Assembly: GCA_020184695.1 (NCBI GenBank) | Contig: JAANOX010000267.1 | Coordinates: 62,001 to 126,000 of the forward strand | DNA from: Histomonas meleagridis 2922-C6/04-290x | Lineage: Eukaryota > Protista > Parabasalia | Length of the DNA stretch: 64,000 nucleotides | Direction of reading: 5' to 3' | Part shown: positions 43,901 through 54,948 of the stretch, in pieces | Layout of the letters: the number at the start of each line of letters is the position of its first letter | Numbering within the stretch: position 1 is the stretch's first letter | The notes under the pieces: generated by a model | What the model was told of the DNA's origin: nothing | What the model saw: the letters and a program-made list of their open reading frames with translations, nothing else | Database searches by the model: none | Made by a program: the position numbers and the translations under genes

Positions 43901-46253
43901 GAAAATTATAATTCCAAATTCAGTTACAACTATTGAGAAAAACACATTTGAAAATTGTTATAATATAAATGAAATAACTTTTAATAGTAATAAAATCGAA
44001 ACATTAAATGAATTTATATTTAACAATTGTAATAAATTAGAAAAAATTACGATTCCAGATTCGATAAAAACTATAAAGAAAAACGCATTTTCTAATTGTA
44101 ATAATTTAGAATCAATTGACATCGGTGAAAATGTGAATAAAATTGGAAGTAAATCATTTTATAATTGTACCAAATTATTCAATATAAAAATCACTGATTC
44201 TGTTATAACTATTGGTAAAAGTTCATTTGAAAATTGTATAAATTTAGTTGCAATTGTCTTTGGTAAGAAAGTAATTGAAATTAAAGATTTCGCTTTTTGT
44301 AATTGTATTAAGTTAAGATATACAATATCAAATTCAGTTTTGAAAATTGGTAAAAATGTGTTTTATAATTGTTATGATTTAATTGCTTGTGATTTAGGTG
44401 AGAACATCCAAATAATTAATGATTTCGTATTTTATAATTGTAATAAATTAACTGATATTAATATTCCTAATTCGATTATAACAATTGGGAAATTTGCGTT
44501 TTATAAATGTTATGAATTAAAAAATATTAAAATTGGTAATAACATTCGAGAAATTGGTGAATATACATTTTATGAATGTTATAAACTAAATAAAATCGAA
44601 ATACCAAATTTAATCCAAAAGATTGAAAAATATTTATTTTATTATTGTTTAAATTTAAATGAAATTAAATTTGGAAATAACATTCAAATTATTGATGAAT
44701 ATTCATTTTATAATTGTAATATTAAAAAATTGGATTTTCCGACTAAATTGGAATCAATTGGAAATTATTCATTTTATAATTGTGTCGATTTAAATACAAT
44801 AACGTTTAATAAGAACTTAAAAGTTATTGGGAATAATTCATTTTGTTATTGTAAAAACTTAATAAACATTAAATTCGAAAATCCAAATTCGATAAATGAA
44901 ATTGGAGAAAAATCTTTTTATGAATGTAATAACTTAGAAACTTTTATTTTTGGAAATCGACTTAAAACTATTGAAAATTATACATTTGAAAGTTGTTATA
45001 AACTTAATAAAATCATTTTAACTAATTCGATTGAAAGCATAAATAAATATTCATTTAATAATTGTATTAATTTAAATAATATTGTTATTGGTAATAATGT
45101 TAAAACTATTAAAAAGAATTCATTTTCGAATTGTATTAATTTACATAATATTATAATACCAAATTCAGTTATAAAAATTGGTAAAAATTCATTTTATAAT
45201 TGTACTAATTTAGAATCAATAAAAATTGGTAAAAACTTAAAATTCATTGGTAAATATTCATTTTCTTTATGTATTAATTTAAGAAATATTACTATACCTA
45301 AATCAATTACTTATATTGGAACTAAAACATTTTATTTTTGTAAGAAATTAAAATTCATAAAAATATCGAAAAATAATTTTAATTATTCCAATTATAAAAA
45401 CGATGGAATTTTATATGATAAAAATATAACAAAATTAATATTATATCCATCAGATAATAAAAATGATCAATTTGTTATTCCGATTTCGATACAAAGAATT
45501 AATTCATATGCATTTCAAAATTTAAATTATTTACGAACTTTAATTATTAATATAAATGTTAAAACAATTAAAAATTATTCATTTAATAATTGTAATAAAT
45601 TAAAATGTATTTACTTCTTAAGTGATAATTTACCAAAAATTGAAACAAATTCATTTAATAATGTTAAAGCTTCAACAATTATTACGAAAAAAACAAATAA
45701 ATTTAAAAAATTCGGAAACTTAAATGTGAATTTTGGTAATGAAGTTAATGAATGTATACCTTATCCTTTAATAGAATATAAAAATTTGCCCGAAAAATAT
45801 ATTTCGAATATAAAAACTCAAAACGATATTAATAATAATGAAGTAAATATTAATAATAACAAAATTAAGAAAAATATTTTAATTGTTTTGTTAATCATCG
45901 TTTTGATAATGTATTTTATAAGTCGATTTTGTAGTAACGATTTCATGTCTTTTACAAATAGGAAAACATTTATATTCGAAAACAAATATTTGCAAGCAAT
46001 AAAATATGAAATCCCACAAATTGTTTATGAAAATGATAATAATAATAATAGTGAAAATGATAATAATAATAATAGTGAAAATGATAATAATAATAATAGT
46101 GAAAATGATAATAATAATAATAGTGAAAATGATAATAATAATAATAGTGAAAATGATAATAATAATGTTGACGATAAATTTATAAATAATTTTATTTTTG
46201 AAAATGGTTCAAAAATCCGAAATCAAGAAAAAGTAAAAAAGAATCAAAAGAAA
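40944..46253 (+). CDS. BspA-like (TpLRR/LRR_5) surface protein, in frame with the downstream domain
   Basis: Dozens of I.IP.SV..IG..AF..C..L repeats, DGILYDK..LILYPS, and a TM segment near 45870-45930. No in-frame ATG until about 41784. Confidence 0.85.
42456..44718 (+). repeat. 289-bp near-identical internal duplication (42456-42744 and 44430-44718)
   Basis: Both copies encode FYNCNKLTDINIPNS...IDEYSFYNC; two mismatches seen by eye. Confidence 0.85.
46029..46166 (+). repeat. 24-nt coding tandem repeat (ENDNNNNS)x5.75
   Basis: GAAAATGATAATAATAATAATAGT repeated. Confidence 0.9.
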
Positions 46254-48269
46254 ATGGCCAAAGAGGAAGAAGAGAATTTCATAAACGACAAAAACGAAGA
46301 GTTCATTGCACAAAAGAAGTATTACATGTTCATTTATTTCTTATTTGCGTCACTTCTTACACAATCTGAATTATCTGACAAATTTACCAAATTCATAGAA
46401 AATAATCGAAGCAGAGAAACAGCGAAGAAATCACTTGATACAAAACAATACGATGATCTAAATGCATTTGTTCAATCGTCTGAAACGATTGACTTCTTAA
46501 ACATTTATACGTTTTCTGTCTTTCCATCTATGTTCCATTACTTTTTAACGACTTTTGGTAATGAATCGTTTATAAAATATTTAAAGAATTTGAAATCTCC
46601 AATTTTATTAATTACGTTTTCACGATCAGCATTTTTTTCGCCATTATTTATTAATTATATATATAAATCATTTTGTCCGATTTTATCACCATTATTATCG
46701 ACGAATGAATTTAATAACAAAGATATAAATGAAATACGTGAAAATATCCTAAAAAATTGTGAAAAAAATTCGACAATATTTCCAAATTATATTTCGGATA
46801 TATTATTAATTAACAAAAAAAATATTTTTCATTTTTATTACGTTTTTATTGTGTTTTTAACTTATGATACATATAAAAATATTTCATTTCAACAAATTTT
46901 AGGTATAATTGAACCAAATCAAATAGTAACACAAGAATTTTTAGATTTCCTTAAAAGATTATTCGATTCTAATTTCATTAATAAACTTTATGATATATTT
47001 GTTGAGAATAAGAAACATTCTAAATTAATATTCTTTAATGAAAATGATACGAAAAAACATCCGGAAATATTCGAGCCAATAATTTTATCGAATTATGATA
47101 TCGAAGCGATGAAACATTTCCATTCCACATTTGAACGAATTGATTATAAATTATATAATAATAATAATCGAAGAAACAAAAACAAAAACAAAAGAAATAA
47201 ATCGAATATTAATGATAATGAACCAATAAATATATTACGAAACTTTATGTTAACTATTGACATGTTACCAAAACCTCGAAATGATGAAACGTATGAAAGT
47301 TATATTCATTCATTAACATATTATGGAGATCCGAAAAAAGAAAAAGAACGAAAAGAATCTGCTGAAAGAGCAATTGCATTCATCAAAGAGAACAAACAAA
47401 CACAGCTTTATAAGCCTATACAATCATATACTCACAAAAGCATAGATAAAATTCGTGATATTTATAGTTTCAAACATGATTTAAAGCACATAAAATTAAT
47501 ATTAAATAATGTAATTTATAATATTAAATTCGTTACATATACTGCTTATGTTCAACCTATTATAGATAAAGCTGATATAAAACCATTAGACTTTAATATC
47601 GAAAATGATTTAAATGATAAATTTAGAAAATTAGTAAATATAATAAAAGTAAATGAAAATAATAAAAATATTATCGATGATGAATTCATAAATAGAATAT
47701 GTTATACATATTTAACAAAAAATTTTAACTTTAGAGAATTTAAAAAGAAAAATCCGAAATTTAAGGAAATCGATCAAAAAATTTTCGGAATCGAATTCGA
47801 TTTTTTGACTAAATTGAAAGCAACACTTGACGAACCTTTATATAAAGGAATGAGTTTTGATGATGTTGCAGCAGCAGCTGAAACTCCAAAATTTAAAAAA
47901 GCAAAACAAATCATATGTTCGGCCAAGGACTACATACAAGCAGCATTAAATTGTTACGACTTATATACCTTCGGATATAAAATGTCGAATGTTTTGGATG
48001 AAATGAAGTCGTCAGGGATTCTGAATGATGTTGACATAGAATTTTATCAGCCTGTCTTGACGGCAATGGTCCAAATCTATAAAAACAAGGAAATCTTCAC
48101 AAGATACGTAATACTGAAAGAATACTTCTTCCCGTTCTTCGAAGCACTCAACCTAATCACAATATATATAGTAGCTATCAGGCAATTGATTTCTTTATTT
48201 GATGAAAATGACAAAAGAAAAATAATTAATGATGAATCGTTGAAAAATCATTTAGTTGATTTGTTATGA
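46254..48269 (+). CDS. Hypothetical domain or gene, possibly with a degenerate VPS9-like C-terminus; fused in frame to the BspA ORF
   Basis: Own ATG (MAKEEEENF) with different composition; helical protein with FKKAKQII...EFYQPVL near the end. Confidence 0.5.
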   Translation: MAKEEEENFINDKNEEFIAQKKYYMFIYFLFASLLTQSELSDKFTKFIENNRSRETAKKSLDTKQYDDLNAFVQSSETIDFLNIYTFSVFPSMFHYFLTTFGNESFIKYLKNLKSPILLITFSRSAFFSPLFINYIYKSFCPILSPLLSTNEFNNKDINEIRENILKNCEKNSTIFPNYISDILLINKKNIFHFYYVFIVFLTYDTYKNISFQQILGIIEPNQIVTQEFLDFLKRLFDSNFINKLYDIFVENKKHSKLIFFNENDTKKHPEIFEPIILSNYDIEAMKHFHSTFERIDYKLYNNNNRRNKNKNKRNKSNINDNEPINILRNFMLTIDMLPKPRNDETYESYIHSLTYYGDPKKEKERKESAERAIAFIKENKQTQLYKPIQSYTHKSIDKIRDIYSFKHDLKHIKLILNNVIYNIKFVTYTAYVQPIIDKADIKPLDFNIENDLNDKFRKLVNIIKVNENNKNIIDDEFINRICYTYLTKNFNFREFKKKNPKFKEIDQKIFGIEFDFLTKLKATLDEPLYKGMSFDDVAAAAETPKFKKAKQIICSAKDYIQAALNCYDLYTFGYKMSNVLDEMKSSGILNDVDIEFYQPVLTAMVQIYKNKEIFTRYVILKEYFFPFFEALNLITIYIVAIRQLISLFDENDKRKIINDESLKNHLVDLL

Positions 48270-48581
48270 TATAATATGTAAAGAAAATTGTAATAAAATT
48301 TTACTTTTGAATTGAATATGATCGTTTGGGTCATTACAATTGTCACTTTCGGATACCACTTTTTGTATTAGCAAAACGACTTTTTGTTCGAAACGATAGG
48401 GTGGAGAAATTGAGCTGATGAATTTACGATTCCACATCCGTAGTCATTTTCTACATTGCTCTTAAAAAAAAGAAGTAACATTCGGGTTTATGCTTAGATA
48501 TAAAGATATTTGATGAAAAGGTTTGTTTATTGAATCCTGTTGACGATAAAAACCGGTTCTATCGTCGATAACGTTTTTGGA

Positions 48582-49382
48582 ATGCATTCGAAAATCCTTC
48601 TGAAGAGATCGAATAGAAATATAAAGAAAAATGAAACGCTTGAAGATGCGTTGGGCTCAATAACACATATACATATGGGGGATCTGGGAATTTCTTCTTT
48701 TGATGACGAGCAATTACATTTGTATTCAAGTGCAATTTGTCTTTATGCTTACAATAATAAACTTAAAAGTTTAAATGGTATTGAAGTATTGGATCTTCTT
48801 GAAGAAATTCAAGCTCAACATAATGAAATTTCTGAAATTCCAGAACTTGCGCCTTTTTTTCTTAAAAAACTTGATCTCAGACATAACTGTATTCAGAAAG
48901 TAAGTGGACTTAGTCAGCAACCTGTTTTACAAGAGTTATATTTATCTTATCAAAATGTATCCAAACTAATTTTAACAGAAGGATGTTTCGCATCACAAGC
49001 TGAATCACTTTATGTTCTTGAGATGGAGTCATGTGGAATTGATGATACAACTGAAATTCAATGTTTAACAAATTTAAGGATTCTCAATCTAGCAAAGAAT
49101 CAAATTTCATCTTTTGATGAACTCCAAAGACTATTCAGCCATCTCCCGTTTCTTGAGAAGGTCGATTTACGTGGCAATCCTATCTGCAAAAGTCCGAAGT
49201 ACAGAGAGCGGGTGATCGTGATGGGGAACTTCACCGAACTCGACGATAAGGAGGTCCTTCACGTCCAACGCGAGACGCTGCTGCGAATGAAGAGCAGACG
49301 AACAAAGCGTACAAGAGCACCAACGGCCTCTTCAGAAAAAGAAAATAGTCGAAATAGTTCTTTGTTTGTTAGACATGTTTAA
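48582..49382 (+). CDS. SDS22-like LRR protein, PPP1R42/LRRC67-like
   Basis: ETLEDALGSITHIHM, LYAYNNKL, DLRGNPICKSPKYRERVIV and LDDKEV...RE.L. Confidence 0.75.
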   Translation: MHSKILLKRSNRNIKKNETLEDALGSITHIHMGDLGISSFDDEQLHLYSSAICLYAYNNKLKSLNGIEVLDLLEEIQAQHNEISEIPELAPFFLKKLDLRHNCIQKVSGLSQQPVLQELYLSYQNVSKLILTEGCFASQAESLYVLEMESCGIDDTTEIQCLTNLRILNLAKNQISSFDELQRLFSHLPFLEKVDLRGNPICKSPKYRERVIVMGNFTELDDKEVLHVQRETLLRMKSRRTKRTRAPTASSEKENSRNSSLFVRHV

Positions 49383-49909
49383 ATATATTTTATTAAATGA
49401 AATTCAAGAAATACTATTTGTTACACTCTTATCATAAACATTTATTCATTTTTGTTATCATTTTCCCAATGATAACAATAATTAATAATAAAGCGCATAA
49501 GGTTCAATAATTTCTATATTTTCGTTGAGTGTTACTCTAATTTATAACGATTATGAATTTGTAAATAAAAAAAAACTTTACAAAAAAAACTCATTGCATG
49601 CAAAACCCAACAACATAAGACTACAGCAAATAGGAGCTGATGCACCCAAATATTCCACAAACTAGGCGAGAGCACAGCCTAAGTGATGGAAAAGTTCACA
49701 ACTTTTACAAATAAAACAAATTTGAAATATTGATTAATATATTCTACTTCATGCAGAGAGAATGTTCTAGGAAGATAAATTCTCGATGACTACTCAGAAG
49801 CAATGACCAAAGAAAACATGGCAAAGAAATTATCTCTATGATGCAATGAAGAATTAACAATAAATTTAATCCATTCCTCAAACGAGTAAACATTCACTTA
49901 GGGTTGGCC

Positions 49910-50360
49910 CACGATTAATCGATTAATTTTTGATACGAGTCACTTTTTTTATCGATAAAAATCGATTAATAACGGTTTGAATCTCGATAAAATCGATAAA
50001 CTCGATAAAAGCCACTTTTTTATCGAAAAAATCGATTTTGAAAAGTGACGTTATTTATCGATTTTTTATCGATTTCACCGAAAATTCCTGGATTGAATGA
50101 GAAGACGTTATTGGATAAAGATCCCCCTAGTTTTCATGTTATAAGACTAAGTCAATAGGAATGATATTTATATTCTTTAGATCACGAAATTTTTGAATGG
50201 TTTTTAATCGACCAAAACCGTTTATTTATCGATAAAATCGATTGATATCGATAAATAAACGGTTTTTATTGATGTTAAATCGAAAAAACCGTTTATCGAA
50301 TTTAATCGATTAATCGAATATCGAACGATAATACGGTTATTTATCGATTTTTATCGATAC
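49910..50360. repeat. Cluster of ATCGAT palindromes containing a 21-bp perfect hairpin
   Basis: About 13 ATCGAT by hand count. Arms AAAACCGTTTATTTATCGATA (50214-50234) and TATCGATAAATAAACGGTTTT (50246-50266). Confidence 0.85.
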
Positions 50361-50562
50361 ACAAAAAATGAAAAAATGAGGAACAAACAACAAAATTCGA
50401 TACAAAAAATGATCAATTAGATGCGAATGATAAAATGAGACACAAAATGTGAAGTTGACATAAATTAAACGAATGAACAATTAAATGAATAAAAGAAGCA
50501 CATTCCTTCATAAATAAAAACGAAAATAACAAAATAAAAAACACAAAACATTTACAAACAAA

Positions 50563-51906
50563 TCACAGTAGCGCCTCTTTGATCATGTCTTCATCTGCCT
50601 CGCCCAAATTCTTATGGTGCTCCTCTTCAACTAACAATGGTGGTGGCGGCATCAGATCTCCTTTTTTCCATATTCTTTTCCCGCTATTTTCCGGCACCAA
50701 ATCTTTATTGAACTCCGCTAATGGAAATGAGTCTGGTTCGTTCTCATCAAAGAATGTTTTTTTCCAATCATTTTTATCAAACTTAAATTGCATGTAGTTC
50801 AATACCAAGATGAAAATGATCAAAAGATCAGCAAATCTTCCCCATGCGATTGATATCCACAATTCGATATTTGGAATAAATAAATTTAGATTTAAAAGTA
50901 CAAAACGATTGAAAACAAAAAACAAATAAGTAAGAAGCAGAACGTATTGCATTATATCCCTTCGATGGACTGGTGTTGTTGCTGGTTGAAATCCTGATGA
51001 TCGAATAATTAGAACATATGCCTTAAGATACTCTTCACATTTACGCAACTGGTCAATGGTGTCTTTAAAGCATATAACTAATGAAAAGATTTTGAGTGTA
51101 TAATCAGCAAATAAAATGTCGCTGTTGTCGGTGTAAAGTTGTAAAAAAGTGATGCAGGAGTACGTTAAGCCAAAAATCAAGGTAAAAATAAACGGTGCGG
51201 TAGGAAATGTCGAACAATGAATGCCCCAGCCACTAGCAGCAAGGCAAAATGTGGAAAAAAGCCCTGCGTTTGAATATAAATCAAATATGTATTTCAACCA
51301 AAACCCAAATTTTCTGGTACCAAATAAAGCTTGTTGTATAATATCAACGAGTTCAGCTATAACAGAAAAAATACAAAGCCCAAAGGTGGTGAGTAAGTAA
51401 TAATGGAATTTCATAAAAACAGCGAATTGACCGGTTAATGAAATAATAGCAAAAATAAATATAAGTAAGTAAAGTAAGATTAATATTGGGTGTATGTAAA
51501 GCAAATAAAAAAGTCGTCTATCAAGAAAAGAACTACCATTTTTGAATTGGATTGTTAAATTAACATCCATACTGGTATTAGTACAAGAAATTATCACAGG
51601 CCTTAAAGTTTGTGATGAGTCAAAATTGGTTTTCCATGTAAAAGGTGGACTTGATGTATAATTATAATTGGAAATAAACATCGAACCAGTTACACAAATC
51701 TGTTTATAGTCGTATGAGGAGTTCCATATTTTGTGAGTTGTCTTGGCTTCAGTAAGTCCAATAAATAATTTTTTTGAAGATGAATTTATTAAATTTATCG
51801 TGAATGTTCCCGATTCTTGAACACCATACGAGGGAAAAACAATCATTGGAAAACTTGATTGTTGATATTTTGTAACAATATACGAGAGAAGCGTGAAAAT
51901 AATCAT
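50563..51906 (-). CDS. GOST / lung seven-TM receptor-like protein
   Basis: Luminal N-terminal domain ending F.NG.SFLD.R, then about 7 TM segments with LAASGW. The likely ATG is 51906. Confidence 0.7.
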   Translation of the reverse strand: MIIFTLLSYIVTKYQQSSFPMIVFPSYGVQESGTFTINLINSSSKKLFIGLTEAKTTHKIWNSSYDYKQICVTGSMFISNYNYTSSPPFTWKTNFDSSQTLRPVIISCTNTSMDVNLTIQFKNGSSFLDRRLFYLLYIHPILILLYLLIFIFAIISLTGQFAVFMKFHYYLLTTFGLCIFSVIAELVDIIQQALFGTRKFGFWLKYIFDLYSNAGLFSTFCLAASGWGIHCSTFPTAPFIFTLIFGLTYSCITFLQLYTDNSDILFADYTLKIFSLVICFKDTIDQLRKCEEYLKAYVLIIRSSGFQPATTPVHRRDIMQYVLLLTYLFFVFNRFVLLNLNLFIPNIELWISIAWGRFADLLIIFILVLNYMQFKFDKNDWKKTFFDENEPDSFPLAEFNKDLVPENSGKRIWKKGDLMPPPPLLVEEEHHKNLGEADEDMIKEALL

Positions 51907-52211
51907 GCTCCCCCAATCGATACCTAAAATTAACGGCTTCTTCACAATTATTAAATGAATTATTTTAAAAGTGATAATTTTACCACTTTTCTTCTTTAAA
52001 CTTCATTATTCAATGCTGAACAAAGCAATATTTAGCTTATATGGTAAAAATTTTAGCTTAAAAAACAAACGTTAATTTATATTTTAATAACCATAGGGAG
52101 AAAGCATAAATACTTTAAAAGCAAAAGTTTTTTTTTCGTTGCAACAAATTTGACATGTTACGTGAAATATAATTGAAACCGTTTAATATACGCTACATTT
52201 TTGTTCCCAAA

Positions 52212-52943
52212 ATGACAAGAATGCTGAAAAAAGTAAAGAATGGAGCCCTTATGAGCGTCCAATTTTTAAAAGAAAAAACAGGAACAACACAAACAGAAAT
52301 TGATCCTGAATTTGAGGATGCAATAGGAAAATTAAAAATCATTCAAGAAAGATTCGAAAAATTCAAGAGTTATATTAATACCATGCTCTCTGTGATCCCC
52401 GATATTTTCGAAATTGCAAATGACATGACAAACTCTTTTGATAATGCTGACAAATTATCAGGATCTCATTCATCCAAAATTGTAGAGTCACATCAAGCAT
52501 TTTTCTCTAAATTATCAGATCTTCTTGATGAAGATATTGTTGATCCATGCCAGGAAAAGATTATGAAAAGTATCCAAGAAATTGTTGATCGAACATCTAA
52601 ACTTTCAGAACTCAAAGACTCAAGACGACAAGCGCAGCTTCTTTGCGACTCATATCGTGATAAAGTTATTCGGAAGAGCAAGTCTAGTTCTGCCGAAAAA
52701 GTTGCAAAATCAAAATTAAAATACGAACGTCACCAAAAAGCAGTCAAAGAACAGACCGAAACATTCACTCGCGAAGTCAACGAAATGTGGGTGCATAGGT
52801 TTGAGCTAATGGAAAAACCAATGGAACAATTTGTTGAAATAATCTTCAAATTTAGTCAAAAAATCTTCGAAAATATGCAAACGTTCCAAAGCGGATTTAC
52901 ATTAGAAGAGTTGCAAAATGAGTTCGATCCTGCCGAAAAATGA
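52212..52943 (+). CDS. BAR-domain protein
   Basis: EKTGTTQTEIDPEFE..., coiled-coil composition and R...L.CDSYR.K. Confidence 0.75.
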   Translation: MTRMLKKVKNGALMSVQFLKEKTGTTQTEIDPEFEDAIGKLKIIQERFEKFKSYINTMLSVIPDIFEIANDMTNSFDNADKLSGSHSSKIVESHQAFFSKLSDLLDEDIVDPCQEKIMKSIQEIVDRTSKLSELKDSRRQAQLLCDSYRDKVIRKSKSSSAEKVAKSKLKYERHQKAVKEQTETFTREVNEMWVHRFELMEKPMEQFVEIIFKFSQKIFENMQTFQSGFTLEELQNEFDPAEK

Positions 52944-53362
52944 AAATCAGTTCTAAAAATTAATAAACCTTTTTTATTCGAAATATCATAAAATTTGTAA
53001 CACTTGAGATGCAAGCAAATAAAAACCGAACATCAGTAAAACACGAAACATTGGCGTGTTGAAGAAATGGGTAAAATGGAAAGCATAGTTCTCAACTTGG
53101 CGATAAGTGAGTTATCATAAAATGACCTTAAAAGAACTTTTAAATATTACATATACAACATTACTTGAATGCTATACATGAACTATAAATCATATGTGAT
53201 AATCATTGAAACAACACAGAAAACAAATTCCTTTTGTTCTTTTTATATAAAAAAAAAAAAAAATAGAAACCGTTAAATCTTAACGTTTTACCTGTTTTTG
53301 TGAGGGAAATAAAATTGAGAGGAAATATTTGTCTTGGAAATTGTCACTCAAATTCGTAACTA

Positions 53363-54646
53363 ATGGGAACAAATTACTCTCAACCACCACGTGGTTACCT
53401 CTACTCCGATAGGTCAAGACCTAACCCTAACTATGACGGTAAACCAACTCCTGAATTTGGTTCGTTTTCACAATTATTTTTCAATAATTTTGATGCTGAA
53501 AAAACATTAACATTTTTGGAAACAAAAACACGTTCATACTCAGTTCTAGATTGTTTAAAGATTTCACAAGAATTTGAAAGATTTTTACAATCTAATAAAT
53601 TCTCGAAACAATCAAAAATAGCGTTTTACTCAGAGTCAACAATAGAAGCTAATTTAGCAATAATTTGTTCCCTTATTATTGATTGCAGTATAATTTTGTC
53701 TTCACCAACATCTCAACCCATCAATGATTTTCTAAAATCAGTTAAATCTCAATCACCACACATTGTCATATGTAGTCCTCAATATGCTAAGCCTGTTCTA
53801 ACCAATTTACCAAAAGCACTTTTAGTCACAACAGCCAAATCCATTCATACATCATTCCATGACATCATTAACACAGGATTAGCTCATTCCTCTAACATCC
53901 AACCAGAGGTCACTTCCAGCCCTGGAACCATTACTTTTCTCACTCCAACTCCGGCAACAATCACATTTGATCAATCAATGATATATCTTCGAGAATGGTC
54001 CGAAAAGTTCAAACTTTGTCGTGATGCTCGAATTACATCTCTTCTTCCAATTGATGACAATCTTCATCGTCTTATTCTCTATCTATCAGTCTACAACAGA
54101 TGTTGCTTTAACATTTGCAACAAACTTGAAGAAGTCAAATCAACCGATCCAACGCATATGTTTCTGCCTCTTGATATCTTCCGTAGTCATTGCGAGTCTA
54201 TTGAAAACACGATTTCCCAGAATTCTGTGCTTTACAGAGGACGATACAACTTATCGTACTATTGGAAACGGTTTTGGATCACTTGGGGCAGCCGGACCCC
54301 CTCAACCGATAGAGCGGTTTTTAACCCCCTTTGCCTTGATTTCGGAAGCGACATGCGTTTTGCTTTTTGTAATGAGCTCTTGACGAGAGAGGAACATGAG
54401 TTGTGGACTGTTGTGTATGGGAAGCCAATGTGCCCTGTGTTTCTTCCAGAACAATGGGGAAATGTTGGCGCATCATTGCCATGCGATGTGAGATATACAA
54501 AGTTCGGAACTGTCGGAGGAGCTGTGGGGAATGCTATTGCATGCAATGAGGAGACGAAGAAATTGAGGAATGAAGCAGACGGAAGCGAAATTGATGTTGT
54601 CGGATTCTGGGATGAAGAAGGATCACTCGTTATTGGAGAGAAGTAA
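53363..54646 (+). CDS. Degenerate AMP-binding (acyl-CoA synthetase-like) protein
   Basis: KIAFYSE..IE, LPI..NLHR and GTVGGA segments; the canonical TSG.TG.PK loop is eroded. N-terminal MG may be myristoylated. Confidence 0.5.
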   Translation: MGTNYSQPPRGYLYSDRSRPNPNYDGKPTPEFGSFSQLFFNNFDAEKTLTFLETKTRSYSVLDCLKISQEFERFLQSNKFSKQSKIAFYSESTIEANLAIICSLIIDCSIILSSPTSQPINDFLKSVKSQSPHIVICSPQYAKPVLTNLPKALLVTTAKSIHTSFHDIINTGLAHSSNIQPEVTSSPGTITFLTPTPATITFDQSMIYLREWSEKFKLCRDARITSLLPIDDNLHRLILYLSVYNRCCFNICNKLEEVKSTDPTHMFLPLDIFRSHCESIENTISQNSVLYRGRYNLSYYWKRFWITWGSRTPSTDRAVFNPLCLDFGSDMRFAFCNELLTREEHELWTVVYGKPMCPVFLPEQWGNVGASLPCDVRYTKFGTVGGAVGNAIACNEETKKLRNEADGSEIDVVGFWDEEGSLVIGEK

Positions 54647-54948
54647 AAATAATAAGTTTTGACTTATTTTTGGATGTGTTCGAGTAAGTGTTTATGTTTC
54701 GTGTATGCATTTGCTCAGTAAGAAATTGGTAATTTGCTCTTAAAATTAATCAAAAACGAAAAAACAAGTTAAGTGAACATTATGATGAGATGTTTCTTGA
54801 AGAATAAAATATCATAAATATCACATCAAAAAATGAATTTAAATTTTGACAATGATCTACCCATGTTATATCGCATAATATATGCAAATTTTTCGATGTT
54901 CATAAATATATATTTAAGATATTTCTATTTTTATTTTTGGAGTGAAAA

